This document shows, piece by piece, positions 40,901 to 54,409 of a DNA stretch of 64,000 nucleotides. Each line of letters starts with the position of its first letter. The first letter of the stretch is position 1. Source of the stretch: Eledone cirrhosa (Eukaryota). Position numbers and translations under genes: made by a program. The notes beneath the pieces are model-generated. The model did no database searches and was not told the origin of the DNA. It saw only the letters and a program-made list of their open reading frames with translations. The DNA is taken from contig OZ024752.1 of assembly GCA_964016885.1 (NCBI GenBank), positions 30,566,001 through 30,630,000 on the forward strand. The letters run 5' to 3'.

Positions 40901-43900
40901 GTTGTTGTGGTTATTGTTGTTGTGGTTATTGTTGTTGTCGTTATTGTTGTTGTGGTTATTGTTGTTGTCGTTATTGTTGTTGTGGTTATTGTTGTTGTGG
41001 TTATTGTTGTTGTGGTTATTGTTGTTGTGGTTATTGTTGTTGTCGTTATTGTTGTTGTGGTTATTGTTGTTGTTGTTATTGTTGTTGTCGTTATTGTTGT
41101 TGTCGTTATTGTTGTTGTCGTTATTGTTGTTGTCGTTATTGTTGTTGTCGTTATTGTTGTTGTCGTTATTGTTGTTGTGGTTATTGTTGTTGTGGTTATT
41201 GTTGTTGTGGTTATTGTTGTTGTGGTTATTGTTGTTGTCGTTATTGTTGTTGTCGTTATTGTTGTTGTCGTTATTGTTGTTGTCGTTATTGTTGTTGTGG
41301 TTATTGTCACTCTAGTTGTTGATGTTGTGGTTATTGTTGTTGTCGTTATTGTTGTTGTGGTTATTGTTGTCGTTATTGTTGTTGTGGTTATTGTTGTTGT
41401 CGTTATTGTTGTTGTCGTTATTGTTGTTGTGGTTATTGTTGTTGTTGTTATTGTTGTTGTCGTTATTGTTGTTGTGGTTATTGTTGTTGTCGTTATTGTT
41501 GTTGTGGTTATTGTTGTTGTTGTTATTGTTGTTGTCGTTATTGTTGTTGTCGTTATTGTTGTTGTGGTTATTGTTGTTGTCGTTATTGTTGTTGTCGTTA
41601 TTGTTGTTGTCGTTATTGTTGTTGTCGTTATTGTTGTTGTCGTTATTGTTGTTGTGGTTATTGTTGTTGTCGTTATTGTTGTTGTCGTTATTGTTGTTGT
41701 CGTTATTGTTGTTGTGGTTATTGTTGTTGTGGTTATTGTTGTTGTGGTTATTGTTGTGGTTATTGTTGTTGTGGTTATTGTTGTTGTGGTTATTGTTGTT
41801 GTCGTTATTGTTGTTGTGGTTATTGTTGTTGTGGTTATTGTTGTTGTGGTTATTGTTGTTGTGGTTATTGTTGTTGTGGTTATTGTTGTTGTGGTTATTG
41901 TTGTTGTCGTTATTGTTGTTGTCGTTATTGTTGTTGTCGTTATTGTTGTTGTCGTTATTGTTGTTGTGGTTATTGTTGTTGTGGTTATTGTTGTTGTCGT
42001 TATTGTTGTTGTCGTTATTGTTGTTGTGGTTATTGTTGTTGTGGTTATTGTTGTGGTTATTGTTGTTGTGGTTATTGTTGTTGTGGTTATTGTTGTTGTC
42101 GTTATTGTTGTTGTGGTTATTGTTGTTGTCGTTATTGTTGTTGTGGTTATTGTTGTTGTGGTTATTGTTGTTGTGGTTATTGTTGTTGTGGTTATTGTTG
42201 TTGTCGTTATTGTTGTTGTCGTTATTGTTGTTGTCGTTATTGTTGTTGTCGTTATTGTTGTTGTGGTTATTGTTGTTGTGGTTATTGTTGTTGTGGTTAT
42301 TGTTGTTGTCGTTATTGTTGTTGTGGTTATTGTTGTCGTTATTGTTGTTGTGGTTATTGTTGTTGTCGTTATTGTTGTTGTCGTTATTGTTGTTGTGGTT
42401 ATTGTTGTTGTTGTTATTGTTGTTGTCGTTATTGTTGTTGTGGTTATTGTTGTTGTCGTTATTGTTGTTGTGGTTATTGTTGTTGTTGTTATTGTTGTTG
42501 TCGTTATTGTTGTTGTCGTTATTGTTGTTGTGGTTATTGTTGTTGTCGTTATTGTTGTTGTCGTTATTGTTGTTGTCGTTATTGTTGTTGTCGTTATTGT
42601 TGTTGTCGTTATTGTTGTTGTCGTTATTGTTGTTGTCGTTATTGTTGTTGTCGTTATTGTTGTTGTCGTTATTGTTGTTGTGGTTATTGTTGTTGTGGTT
42701 ATTGTTGTTGTGGTTATTGTTGTTGTCGTTATTGTTGTTGTGGTTATTGTTGTTGTGGTTATTGTTGTTGTGGTTATTGTTGTGGTTATTGTTGTTGTGG
42801 TTATTGTTGTTGTGGTTAATGTTGTTGTTGTTATTGTTGTTGTGGTTATTGTTGTTGTGGTTATTGTTGTTGTGGTTATTGTTGTTGTGGTTATTGTTGT
42901 TCTGGTTATTGTTGTTGTGGTTATTGTTGTTGTCGTTATTGTTGTTGTCGTTATTGTTGTTGTGGTTATTGTTGTTGTGGTTATTGTTGTTGTGGTTATT
43001 GTTGTTGTCGTTATTGTTGTTGTGGTTATTGTTGTCGTTATTGTTGTTGTGGTTATTGTTGTTGTCGTTATTGTTGTTGTCGTTATTGTTGTTGTGGTTA
43101 TTGTTGTTGTTGTTATTGTTGTTGTCGTTATTGTTGTTGTGGTTATTGTTGTTGTCGTTATTGTTGTTGTGGTTATTGTTGTTGTTGTTATTGTTGTTGT
43201 CGTTATTGTTGTTGTCGTTATTGTTGTTGTCGTTATTGTTGTTGTCGTTATTGTTGTTGTCGTTATTGTTGTTGTCGTTATTGTTGTTGTGGTTATTGTT
43301 GTTGTCGTTATTGTTGTTGTCGTTATTGTTGTTGTCGTTATTGTTGTTGTGGTTATTGTTGTTGTCGTTATTGTTGTTGTGGTTATTGTTGTTGTCGTTA
43401 TTGTTGTTGTCGTTATTGTTGTTGTCGTTATTGTTGTTGTTGTCGTTATTGTTGTTGTTGTTATTGTTGTTGTCGTTATTGTTGTTGTCATTATTGTTGT
43501 TGTGGTTATTGTTGTTGTGGTTATTGTTGTTGTTATTGTTGTTGTGGTTATTGTTGTTATTGTTGTTGTTGTTATTGTTGTTGTCGTTATTGTTGTTGTC
43601 GTTATTGTTGTTGTTGTCGACATTGTTGTTGTCGTTATTGTTGTTGTTGTCGTTATTGTTGTTGTTGTTATTGTTGCTGTTGTCGCTACTGTTGTTGATG
43701 TTGTTATTGTTGTTGACGTTATTGTTGTTTTCGTTATTGTTGTTGTGGTTATTGTTATTGTTGTCGTTATTGTTGCTGTTGTTATTGTTATTGTTGTCGT
43801 TATTGTTGTTTTCGTTATTGTTGCTGTTGTTATTGTTATTGTTGTCGTTATTGTTGCTGTTGTTATTGTTATTGTTGTCGTTATTGTTGTTGTCGTTATT

Positions 43901-44770
43901 GTTGTTGTTGCCGTTACTGTTGTTGTCGTTATTGTTGTTGTTGTCGTTATTGTTGTTGTCGTTATTGTTGCTGTTGTCGCTACTGCTGTTGTCGCTACTG
44001 TTGTTGTCGTTATTGTTGTTGTCGTTATTGTTGTTGTCGTTATTGTTGCTGTTGTCGCTACTGTTGTTGATGTTGTTATTGTTGTTTTCGTTATTGTTGC
44101 TGTTGTTATTGTTATTGTTGTCGTTATTGTTGCTGTTGTTATTGTTATTGTTGTCGTTATTGTTGCTGTTGTTATTGTTATTGTTGTCGTTGTTGTCGTT
44201 ATTGTTGTTGCCGTTATTGTTGTTGTCGTTATTGTTGCTGTTGTTATTGTTATTGTTGTCGTTATTGTTGTCGTTATTGTTGCTGTTGTTATTGTTGTTG
44301 ATGTTGTCATTGGCGTTGTTGATGCCGTTATTGTTGATGCCGTTATTGTTGTTGTCGATGTTGTTGATGTTGTTGTCGTTACTATTGTTGATGTTGTTAT
44401 TGTTGTTGTCGTTATTGTTGTTGTCGCTATTGTTGTTGTCGTTATTGTTGTTGTTGTTGTCGTTACTGTTGTTGATGTTGTTATTGTTGTTGTGGTTATT
44501 GTTGTTGTCGATGTTGTTATGATTATTGCTGATGTGGTTCTTGTTGTCGTTGTTGTTGTTGTTATTGGTTGTTGATGTTATTGTTCTTGTTATTGTTGAA
44601 ATCATTATTATTGTTACTGTACCAGTAAAGTACCAGTAATGCACTGGGTAATTGCTGGCCTTGTGCCTAAAGTAGAAACAATTATTATTGTTACTGTTGT
44701 TAATGTTGTAGTTCTTGTTGTTATCATTGTTGTTGATGTTGTTGATGTTGTCGCTGTCGTTGTTGTTTTT
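37990..44770. repeat. ~6.7-kb (GTT)n-derived array with a 15-bp core unit gttattgttgttgt(g/c)
   Basis: Homogeneous 15-mer centre with degenerate GTT-rich flanks. Confidence 0.97.
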
Positions 44771-45064
44771 GTTGTTTATTTATAGATATCATTTATCATC
44801 GATTAGCTATCAATATCAATGTGGTTATTATATTTACATATTATTCTAGTCAAACACTGTTGATATTGAAAATGTTTTTTTGTTATTTTAGATAAAATTT
44901 AGAAATATTTTAATATTTTACAAACAACATTAAATATATTGAAAGATAAAATAATATAAAGCCAATATTTTGATAATATTGATTTTTTTATTTTCTGTTG
45001 TATTTTTTTTGTACGTTTTTTTTTTTTGAAGGGTTGGGTTGACTTTATGACACTAGATAGTAAT

Positions 45065-45362
45065 AATAATTGTTTCTACTTTAGGCACAAGGCCAGCAAT
45101 TACCCAGTGCATTACTGGTACTTTATTTTATCGACCCGGTAAGGATGAAAGGCAAAATCAACCTCGGCGGGATTTGAACTCAGATCGTAAAGGAACATAA
45201 CTATGCTGGAAAGCATGGCGTTTGACTCTCTAATAATTGTTTCTACTTTTGGCACAAGGCCAGCAATTACCCAGTGCATTACTCGTACTTTATTTTATCG
45301 ACCCCCCCCCCCCCCCGTAAGGATGAAAGGCAAAGTTAACCTCGGTGGGATTTGAACTCAGA
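45065..45362 (-). mobile_element. Two tandem Nin-like SINEs
   Basis: Same motifs as the 24508-25170 cluster. Confidence 0.8.
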
Positions 45363-45692
45363 CCGTGTTTCATGTGTTGGCCACAAGGGTCAACATAGAG
45401 GGAACAATACAATTGACGGGGACAGTGGGGGGGGGGGGTTACACAAAATTCGAGGAAAAAAAATAGGAAAACAATAACAATAAACAAGAAAAATAGAACA
45501 ATGAAAATTCCCCAATAGGAGGGGGGGATAACCACACAGTGTTGATTCAGGTACCCCACCAATCTTGAACCACCCGACGCTTGAAGGGCACCTGTGAAGG
45601 GCAGCCCTCTCCTCCTCGATTCACCAGCATGATCAGAGGTACATGATAATTTATTTATTAGCCACACAGGGCTCATATTAAGGAAACATTAA

Positions 45693-46123
45693 CCCTTTAG
45701 TATTTACATTACTCTCTATATACTATTGTATTTTCACGGTAAAGGCTTTACCTCACATAACATTTACATTACTCTCTATATACTATTGTATTTTCACGGT
45801 AAAGGCTTTACCTCACCCTATCGGTAGAGGGTCGGACGCCATGCTTTGCGGCAAAGAGTTACGTCCCTTTACCGTCTGAGTACAAATCCCGCCGAGGTGA
45901 ACTTTTGCTTTTCATCCTTATGGGGTATAAAGTACCAGTAATACACTGGGATAATTGCTGACCTTGTGCCAAAAGTACAAACAATTATTATTTCACATAA
46001 TATCGAATCTATGAGATTTTGATATCTATTTTGAGAACAATAGATTAACATCAGTTTGAGCAGCCAGTTACAGGCGGTTTGAACAAATTCTGGCCATATC
46101 TGGCCAGTTTAAATGCTAAAGGA
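45693..46123. mobile_element. piggyBac-like MITE with a 60-bp internal duplication and a nested Nin-like SINE (~45818-45990)
   Basis: ttaa|ccctttagtattta...taaatgctaaagga|ttaa. Confidence 0.75.
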
Positions 46124-46615
46124 TTAAAGACGTAATAAAAAATTTATGGCTTTATAACATTTATAAAGACTTTTTTGTTACAAAAGCACAATGCTTATCA
46201 TATTTGAAGCAGTGGTATAGTTGATTATATCAAACACCAATATTTAACAGATATTTATTTATTTTATCAACAACTGTAGAACAATGATAACGATTTTTGA
46301 AATTAGTACAAGGCCAATAAAACTAATATTGAGAATGTAGACAGTAGATTTTATTTATTTATTTATTTATTTAAGTATTATTTATTTTTTATCTATTTAT
46401 TTATTTATTTATTTTTCATCATGTCAGCCATTTATTCAGCCAGAGTTAAAGAACAGTTAAAAGAATTAGGACTGATCCAGCTATTGACAGAGTCCATCAT
46501 GAAAATCGCCCCACTGTCCACCTTTAATTAGGAAATGGCCAACAATTTTCCTATGTCTGGGTGACTATGGTGAAAGAGGTTATGTGACAGACAAGACCAG
46601 TGTTGGACTTAACTA

Positions 46616-47645
46616 AAAGCTAAATAAACAATAGCTTAGAGCCACACACCCTAGTGGGCCTCAGTATAGTCAGTGCCAGACTTACCTATAAGGTTAATAA
46701 ACAATAGCTTAGGGCCACACACCCTTGTGGGCCTCAGTGTAGTCAGTGCCAGACTTACCTATAAGGTTAATAAACTATAGTTTAGGGTCATACACTCTAG
46801 TGGGCCTCAGTGTAGTCAGTGGTGGACTTACCTATAGCTTAAAGCCACACACCCTTGTGGACTGCAGTGTAGTCAGTGCTAGACTTACCTATAAGGTTAA
46901 TAAACTATAGCTTAGGGCCACACATCCTAGTGGGCCTCAGTGTAGTCAGTGCTAGACTTACCTATAAGGTTAATAAACAATAGCTTAGGGCCACACACCC
47001 TTGTGGACCGCAATGTAGTCAGTGCTAGACTTACCTATAAGGTTAATAAACAATAGCTTAGGGCCACACACCCTTGTGGACCGCAATGTAGTCAGTGCTA
47101 GACTTACCTATAAGGTTAATAAACAATAGCTTAGGGCCACACACCCTTGTGGACCGCAATGTAGTCAGTGCTAGACTTACCTATAAGGTTAATAAACTAT
47201 AGCTTAGAGCCACACACCCTAGAGGGCCTCAGTGTAGTCAGTGCCAGACTTACCTATAAGGTTAATAAACTATAGCTTAAAGCCACACACCCTAGAGGGC
47301 CTCAGTGTAGTCAGTGCTAGACTTACCTATAAGGTTAATAAACTATAGCTTAAAGCCACACACCCTAGAGGGCCTCAGTGTAGTCAGTGCTAGACTTACC
47401 TATAAGGTTAATAAACAATAGCTTAAAGCCACACATCCTAGAGGGCCTCAGTGTAGTCAGTGCCAGACTTACCTATAAGGTTAATAAACAATAGCATAGG
47501 GCCACACATCCTAGTGGGCCTCAGTGTAGTCAGTGCCAGACTTACCTATAAGGTTAATAAACAATAGCTTAGGGCCACACACCCTTGTGGACCGCAATGT
47601 AGTCAGTGCTAGACTTACCTATAGCTTAGAGCCACACACCCTAGG
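46616..47645. repeat. 73-bp minisatellite, ~14 copies
   Basis: Unit cttacctataaggttaataaacaatagcttagggccacacacccttgtgggcctcagtgtagtcagtgccaga. Confidence 0.95.
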
Positions 47646-47745
47646 GGCCTTCACTATTTAAAATATATCTTTATTCTATCATTAGTGTTTTATTCTTTAC
47701 ACTAAATCATCAAAAATCATATGTGTGTGTGTGTGTGTATGGATA

Positions 47746-47810
<65 letters not shown>

Positions 47811-47996
47811 GTGGTTAGTGTTAGGAAGGGCATCCAGCCAGAAACACCCCTATATGAGCAAGACATGGTCACCCGACACAACTTGCCTCAAAATAGGACC
47901 CGTCTAACCCATGCTAGCGTTGAAGATGGATGTTAATCGATGATGATGATGATGATATATATATATACATATGTATATACATACATATATACATAC

Positions 47997-48029
<33 letters not shown>

Positions 48030-48618
48030 CGTGTGTACATACATACATGCCAGATTTAGATGAAATAGTTTGTGGTATTTGCCAACAGCTTTTACATTCT
48101 AAGCCAAGTTCAAATCCTACCAACGTCACACGCCCCCCCCCCCCTCATACTTCCGGTGTCGATAAGATAAGCACTCAATGGCCTACGTACGTAATACACA
48201 CAATCATAATGTAAAACAATAACTATACCCCCCCCCCCGCTATCACCTGTTGTAGATAAACATGGGTGATCCCTTAAAACATTGAGCATATTTCAACACG
48301 TTACTAATCTTTCTATTCTGTCAACTGTATATATGTCCCAATTACTGAACTATGAATCTTTTATCCATATGGTAAGGTGAAGCCTGGTTAACTGTTTACA
48401 AAATATTTGTTTACACTGTATGTCATTATCATTTTTTACGTAAAGAAATATTTTGTTATTTAAGGAGAGGATAGAATCCCCCCCCCCCTTCCCCCCTCAA
48501 ACACGGTTCTGCAGTCCTTGAACTCTAATTTTTCCCTCATCTGGTGTTCTGAGCATAGTTGTCAACAAGTGTGTGAGAAGAAGAAGTCAATTTTTAGGAA
48601 ACAGCATATAGTTGAAAT

Positions 48619-48894
48619 ATCATCATCATCATCATCATCATCAACGTTTAACGTCCGTGTTCCACGCTTGCATGGTTTTGGACGGGGGTAGTCCCACTTG
48701 AGTCAAGAGTGATTGTCTTGCTCGCATAGGACTGTCTGGCAGGTTTTCTACAGTTGGATGCCCTTCCTAACACCAACCACATTTACAGTGTGGGGTCTGG
48801 GAGGTTTTTACCGTGTTGCCTACACGGCCACATTACAGCGTGGACTGTGTGTTTTTTTGTCGTGACACCTACACGATCTCATTTGTTTCGGCCT
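48619..48894 (-). mobile_element. SINE or RTE-related 3' element
   Basis: Inverse near-identical copy of 16064-16335. Confidence 0.75.
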
Positions 48895-48915
48895 ATGTTT
48901 AGTCATATTCTTACA

Positions 48916-48971
48916 CCATGACTATGATGTTTCAGTGAAGTATATATTCACTAAGCTTCATCAGATAATAA
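48916..48971 (-). ncRNA. Hammerhead-like motif, partly degenerate
   Basis: ttattat-CTGATGA-agcttagtgaa/ttcact-GAAA-catca-TA-gtcatgg; stems I and III imperfect. Confidence 0.45.
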
Positions 48972-48991
48972 AAGGGGAAAACATTCTCATA

Positions 48992-49175
48992 TTGGCAGTA
49001 TCGGTAGAGGGTCGGACGCCATGCTTTGCAGCATAGAGTTACGCACCTTTACGGTCTGAGTTCAAATCCCACCGAGGTTAACTTTGCCTTTCATCCTTAC
49101 GGGGGTCGATAAAATAAAGTACCAGTAATGCACCGGGATAATTGCTGGCCTTGTGCCAAAATTAGAAACAAAATT
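48992..49175 (+). mobile_element. Nin-like SINE, near full length
   Basis: ttggcagtatcggtagag...gagttcaaatccc...ggtcgataaaataaagtaccag. Confidence 0.8.
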
Positions 49176-49588
49176 ACTGTTAAATAAACAAAGATAGATT
49201 TATTGTAAAAAAATTCAAGTGTCTTTTGTGGTTATGGAAATGGAAAAAGAAGCAGAGGGCAAGGGCTCTAGGGTCACAGAAAAATAGGGAGGGTGATGGG
49301 TTCTAGGGCTAGGGCACGATGGTATTGGGGCTGCGCACTGCGGACAAGACCAACCACAAAAGCATTCCCGCGGACAATGGTTAGCGACACCCTACCTCAC
49401 AGGGCTCCTTCCTCAGACAGGCTGCTGAGGTTCCAATCTTGTGGAGGAATTTGGCAGTATGGGGTTTAAGTACACTTGGGGTCAAACTGAACAAGATCCA
49501 AAAGATTAATTTTTTTTTTGTGTTTTTTTTCCAGTCTAAGACATTTCAGCGTCAAATTTACACATTAATTATGAATCCAAGAAATATA

Positions 49589-50192
49589 CAGGGTGTCCAC
49601 AAAGTCACTAGACAATTATATATATCATCATCATCATTTTACGTCCGCTTTTCCCTGCTTGCAAGGGTGGGACGGGAACTGATTCTGGGTTGATTTCTAC
49701 AGCAACCTCATTGACAGTGAGTGCTGGGTGCTTTTTTTCCGTGGCGCCTACACGTCCACTTTCCAGTGTGGGCTGGGTGCTTTTTGCCGTGGCCCCTCCA
49801 CGACCACTTTGCAGTGGAATGATAGGGACCACAGTCCTATCATTTCATTTCTACAGCTGAGTAAACTGGAACAATGTGAAATAAAGTGTCTTGCTCAAGG
49901 AAACAACACATCACCCGGTCTGAGAATTGAACTCACAACCTTTCGATTGCAAGGCCAATGCTCTAACCACTAAGCCATATATATGTGTGTGTGTGTGTTA
50001 CGTAATTCCGAAGGAAAAGCAAAGGAAAAAAGAGTGCTCTATGTATAGAACAGAACTATTTAATTAGAAAGTGAACAACACAAAATATAACTACTCCATT
50101 ACCAAAGGTTTCTGGATCCCAGACAATATTAATATACGTCTGGATCAGTCGTCAGACAGATTTGTTATATTTTGTGTTGTTTACTTTCTAAT

Positions 50193-50233
<41 letters not shown>

Positions 50234-50617
50234 TCATTCATCATCATTTCATTTTACGTCCACTTTTCCCTGCTTGCAAGGGTGGGACGGGAACTGATTC
50301 TGGCTTGATTTCTACAGCTGGATGCCCTTCCTAACACCAACCTCATTTACAGTGAGTGCTGGGTGCTTTTTTGCCGTGGCACCTCCACGACCACTTTACA
50401 GTGGAATGATAGGGATCCCAGTCCCTATAATCTCATTTCTACAGCTGAGTAAACTGGAGCAATGTGAAATAAAGTGTCTTGCTCAAGGAAACAACACATC
50501 ACCCAGTCTGAGAATTGAACTCACAACCTTTCGATTGCAAGGCCAATGCTCTAACCACTAAGCCATGTGCCTATATATATATATATGAAATTGTCTAATG
50601 ACTTTGTGGACACCCTG
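49589..50617. mobile_element. Tc1/mariner-type TIR pair enclosing two CORE-like SINEs (~49625-49977 and ~50240-50572, both minus)
   Basis: TA|cagggtgtccacaaagtcactagacaatt ... aattgtctaatgactttgtggacaccctg|TA. Confidence 0.75.
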
Positions 50618-51053
50618 TATTTTAGATGTTGTGAAAAACTTTAAATGGTGAACTGACATTTGAATGTCACAAGTGGGAGGCTTATGTGTCTATTTCTTTC
50701 CTTTTCTCATTTGTTTTCATCTACCTTACATCAGGAATTACACATTGAGGGAAGGAAGAAGCCCTCTATGTGGTTGGTTAACTCCTTCTTATTGGCAGCA
50801 AATTTTTAAGGGAGCAGCAGGTTTTATTGTTTTGTTTTTTTAAACTGCTGCAACACAGCATCAGCCTTTTAGAGAACCTAAGCCTTTGAATGGCTGAGCA
50901 TTCTAGATGCAAGAAATAGCAACCAGATCTTCCTCAGGTGACAACCCCCCCCCCCCCCCCCCCCTCATACTGTCTTTTTAAAGCCAGACACATTACATAC
51001 ATTGAGTGTAATAAAGAATAGTAAAAAATAAATAATAGAAACAAAGGCGATGG

Positions 51054-51162
51054 TCACAGAGTTATCCTCTAATGTAACAACCATGTCAGCATGAATGTCC
51101 TTGAGGGCTAAACCCTTTCTCTGCAGATACTTGATAACACCATGATGCCAAATGTTGTCCAT
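51054..51162 (-). pseudogene. mariner transposase N-terminal fragment
   Basis: MDNIWHHGVIKYLQRKGLALKDIHADMVVTLEDNS resembles the first HTH of mariner transposases. Confidence 0.6.
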
Positions 51163-51224
51163 TTTAAAGAGAAGTCGATACTAGTTACTTTTTAAGTCTC
51201 CTTTGAACAGTCAGCCCACTTTCA

Positions 51225-51255
<31 letters not shown>

Positions 51256-51262
51256 TACACAG

Positions 51263-51309
<47 letters not shown>

Positions 51310-51397
51310 CCTTAACGGTTCAAGTTTTCCTTGGATAGTCAAGGAAAACTTAAGGTATATTTTCCTTGGCTATGTCAAAAATTTATAAAACATTTTG

Positions 51398-51458
51398 TAT
51401 TTTATCTGATGATAGCGTACCAAAATTTTGGTACTCTTGAAATATATATAATAGAATA
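51398..51458 (+). ncRNA. Type I hammerhead ribozyme (family B; element ~51310-51600)
   Basis: tattttat-CTGATGA-tagcgtaccaa/ttggtactctt-GAAA-tatata-TA-atagaata. Confidence 0.8.
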
Positions 51459-51621
51459 AATATGGTTTTATAAATATAGTTTCCATTTATTTAATATCCT
51501 TGAATATTATACTCCAGAACACCTGTCGAGTGCTCTGAATCAGTTATAAACATTTATATTTGTTGAATTACCAACAAATTGAATATCCCATCTGCTTAAA
51601 CATATATATATATATATATAT

Positions 51622-51880
51622 ATCATCATCATCATTTTACGTCCACTCTTCCCTGCTTGCAAGGGTAGGACGGGTCTTATTCAGCACAGCATCTCTCCAC
51701 TTGTCACGGTCCTTTGTCATCTTCACCGTGAGCTTCAGCGATCTGAGGTCTGTTCTCACCACCCCCGCCCATGTTTTTCGTGGTCTACCTCTCCCACGTA
51801 TTCTTTCAACTTGCATTTCCTGGCACTTCTTCACCCATCGGTCATCCTCCATGCACATCACATGTCCATACCACCTCAGT
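51622..51880 (-). mobile_element. RTE LINE 3' end (same family as 8263-9207)
   Basis: LRWYGHVMCMEDDRWVKKC...RGRGRPRKTW...DRDKWR plus (GAT)n tail. Confidence 0.85.
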
Positions 51881-51934
51881 GGCATGGACATGTGATATAT
51901 ATATATAAGCTGAAGCATATAGACAATATGCCCA

Positions 51935-52378
51935 CATCCACTCCCACTGCAAAGTGGTCGTGGAGGTGTCATGACAAAAAAGCACCCTGCCCACACTGTA
52001 AAGTGATCGTGTAGGCGCCACGGTAAAAAAGTATCCAGTACTCACTGTAAATGAGGTTGGTGTTAGGAAGGGCATCCAGCTGTAGAAATCAAGTCAAAAT
52101 CATTTCCCGTATGAGCAAGACAAAGTCACCCGACCTGGCACTGCCCACAACAGGACAACCCGTCTAACCCATGCTAGCGTTGAAAAATGGACGTAAAACG
52201 GTGATCATGATACACACACATCATCATCATCATCACCGTTTTACGTCCGTTCTTCCACGCTAGCATGGGTTAGACGGGTTGTCCTGTTGTGGGCAGTGTC
52301 TGGTCGGCTGACCATGCCTTGCTCATACAGGAACTGATCTGGCTTGATTTCTACAGCTGGATGCCCTTCCTAACACCT
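51935..52378. mobile_element. Two SINE 3' parts arranged tail-to-tail
   Basis: ~52055-52203 and ~52233-52378 are imperfect inverse copies meeting at (CAT)n. Confidence 0.7.
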
Positions 52379-52409
52379 ATAATTGTTTTTATATATGTAA
52401 TATATGTAA

Positions 52410-52546
<137 letters not shown>

Positions 52547-52547
52547 G

Positions 52548-52579
<32 letters not shown>

Positions 52580-52758
52580 ATTAAAAGTTTAACAAGGTTC
52601 AATGAATTCATCAATGAATAAAGTTTCACAATAGATTAGAAGCACTCTACAGTAGGTTTACTGGAGTTATTAATGTTACTTCAAAATATTAATTTAGTCA
52701 TGGCAGTCATGACTAAATTATAACCATCAACATAGTCAAGGTATGTCAGGCATCAACT

Positions 52759-52824
52759 TATTTTATCTGATGAGGACGTACTGTTGAAATAGCTCAGTAC
52801 CTCTGAAATATGTATAATAAAATA
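52759..52824 (+). ncRNA. Type I hammerhead ribozyme (family C)
   Basis: tattttat-CTGATGA-ggacgtactg/cagtacctct-GAAA-tatgta-TA-ataaaata. Confidence 0.8.
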
Positions 52825-52862
52825 TATTTGATCACATGAATGTCTATATTAATATTTTGAAG

Positions 52863-52904
<42 letters not shown>

Positions 52905-52944
52905 GATATTAAACAAATGGAAACTATATTTATAAAACCATATT

Positions 52945-53010
52945 TATTTCATTATACATATTTCAGGGATACCATATTAAAAATATGGCATGCCTTCTTC
53001 AGATAAAATA
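52945..53010 (-). ncRNA. Type I hammerhead ribozyme (family B, inverted arm)
   Basis: tattttat-CTGAAGA-aggcatgccatatt/aatatggtatccct-GAAA-tatgta-TA-atgaaata. Confidence 0.8.
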
Positions 53011-53161
53011 CAATATATAAGCAGTTTTATAAATAAATTTGACGTACCATAAATATTGATCAACTTCCATTTAAAAAGTTGGTTTGGTAGTTGGTTTTTA
53101 AATGGAAGTTGATCAATATTTATGGTACGTCAAATTTATTTATAAAACTGCTTATATATTG

Positions 53162-53227
53162 TATTTTATCTGAAGAAGGTATGCCATATTTTTAATATGG
53201 TATCCCTGAAATATGTATAATGAAATA
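53162..53227 (+). ncRNA. Type I hammerhead ribozyme (family B)
   Basis: tattttat-CTGAAGA-aggtatgccatatt/aatatggtatccct-GAAA-tatgta-TA-atgaaata. Confidence 0.8.
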
Positions 53228-53354
53228 ATTATGGTTTTATAAATATAGTTTCCATTTGTTTAATATCGTATATCTACTCCAAAACTTGTTGAGTGCTTTA
53301 TATCAGTTATAAAATATTTACTCGTTGTAACCCAACAATTTTAAATAAAACTTT

Positions 53355-53421
<67 letters not shown>

Positions 53422-53816
53422 CATCATCATCATCATCGCCGTTTAACGTCTATCTTCCCCGCTAGCATGGGTTAGATATTTGTATATGAATATACATCTT
53501 TATTGAGAGGGGGGGAGAAATGGTCACTATAAAGAGAGAGGAATGGGGGTACAAATATATTCCAAGTTTCAAAGAGGAATTTCACTTAACAATTCAACAA
53601 CTTGCTTTAAAAATGAATTTGAAATGATGAAAATATAACGAAGAAATTCAGCGAAATAATTTTATCATTTTAAATTTTATTTTAATCTTTTATTCTTTTC
53701 TCTAATTTATCATCGTGACGTTTTATAGTTTGTCTTTGGAACGGCTCGATGTAAATAAACATTTACTGTCAAACTGTGTGTGTGTATATATGTCAACCAA
53801 CGAACCAACTTATCAA

Positions 53817-53878
<62 letters not shown>

Positions 53879-54373
53879 GCATACATATATACACACGCAC
53901 ATATTTATATATATATATATATATACACACTAAATAAATGTATACTTCCTTTTATATATATACACAGGCACTCACTATAAATAAACGTACACTACCTTCA
54001 TATATATATATATACACACACAGACGTACATTAAAGATAAACGTATATTTCCTTCTTATACACACACATAAATTAACGTATAGTTCCGTTTTATATACTA
54101 CACGGGCACATGCTATAAACGTATACTTCTTTCAAATATATATATACACATACACACACTATAAAATAACGTACAGTTCCGTCATATATACACACACAAG
54201 AACATGCTTATATATGCTTTGTAAATAAATGCATAGTTCTCTCAAAAATATACACACGGTCACATACTAAATTTTAATTGAATTCGTCTATTGGGAACAA
54301 TCACAGGAACTTTACAAAGCACCTCTGCCATTCTACTGATGAACAGCTGCAGATATTTGCATATATACACACA

Positions 54374-54409
<36 letters not shown>

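Larger units (their letters stand above)
52900..53360. mobile_element. Family B element with ~175-bp fold-back arms, in (TA)n
   Basis: 52900-53075 is the reverse complement of ~53095-53272; 3' extension to 53360. Confidence 0.85.

Noticed and set aside
38032-44644. 1000-2100 aa poly-Thr/Val/Asn/Leu ORFs
   Set aside because: Open in several frames on both strands simply because GTT-type repeats rarely form stop codons; no domain or splice support
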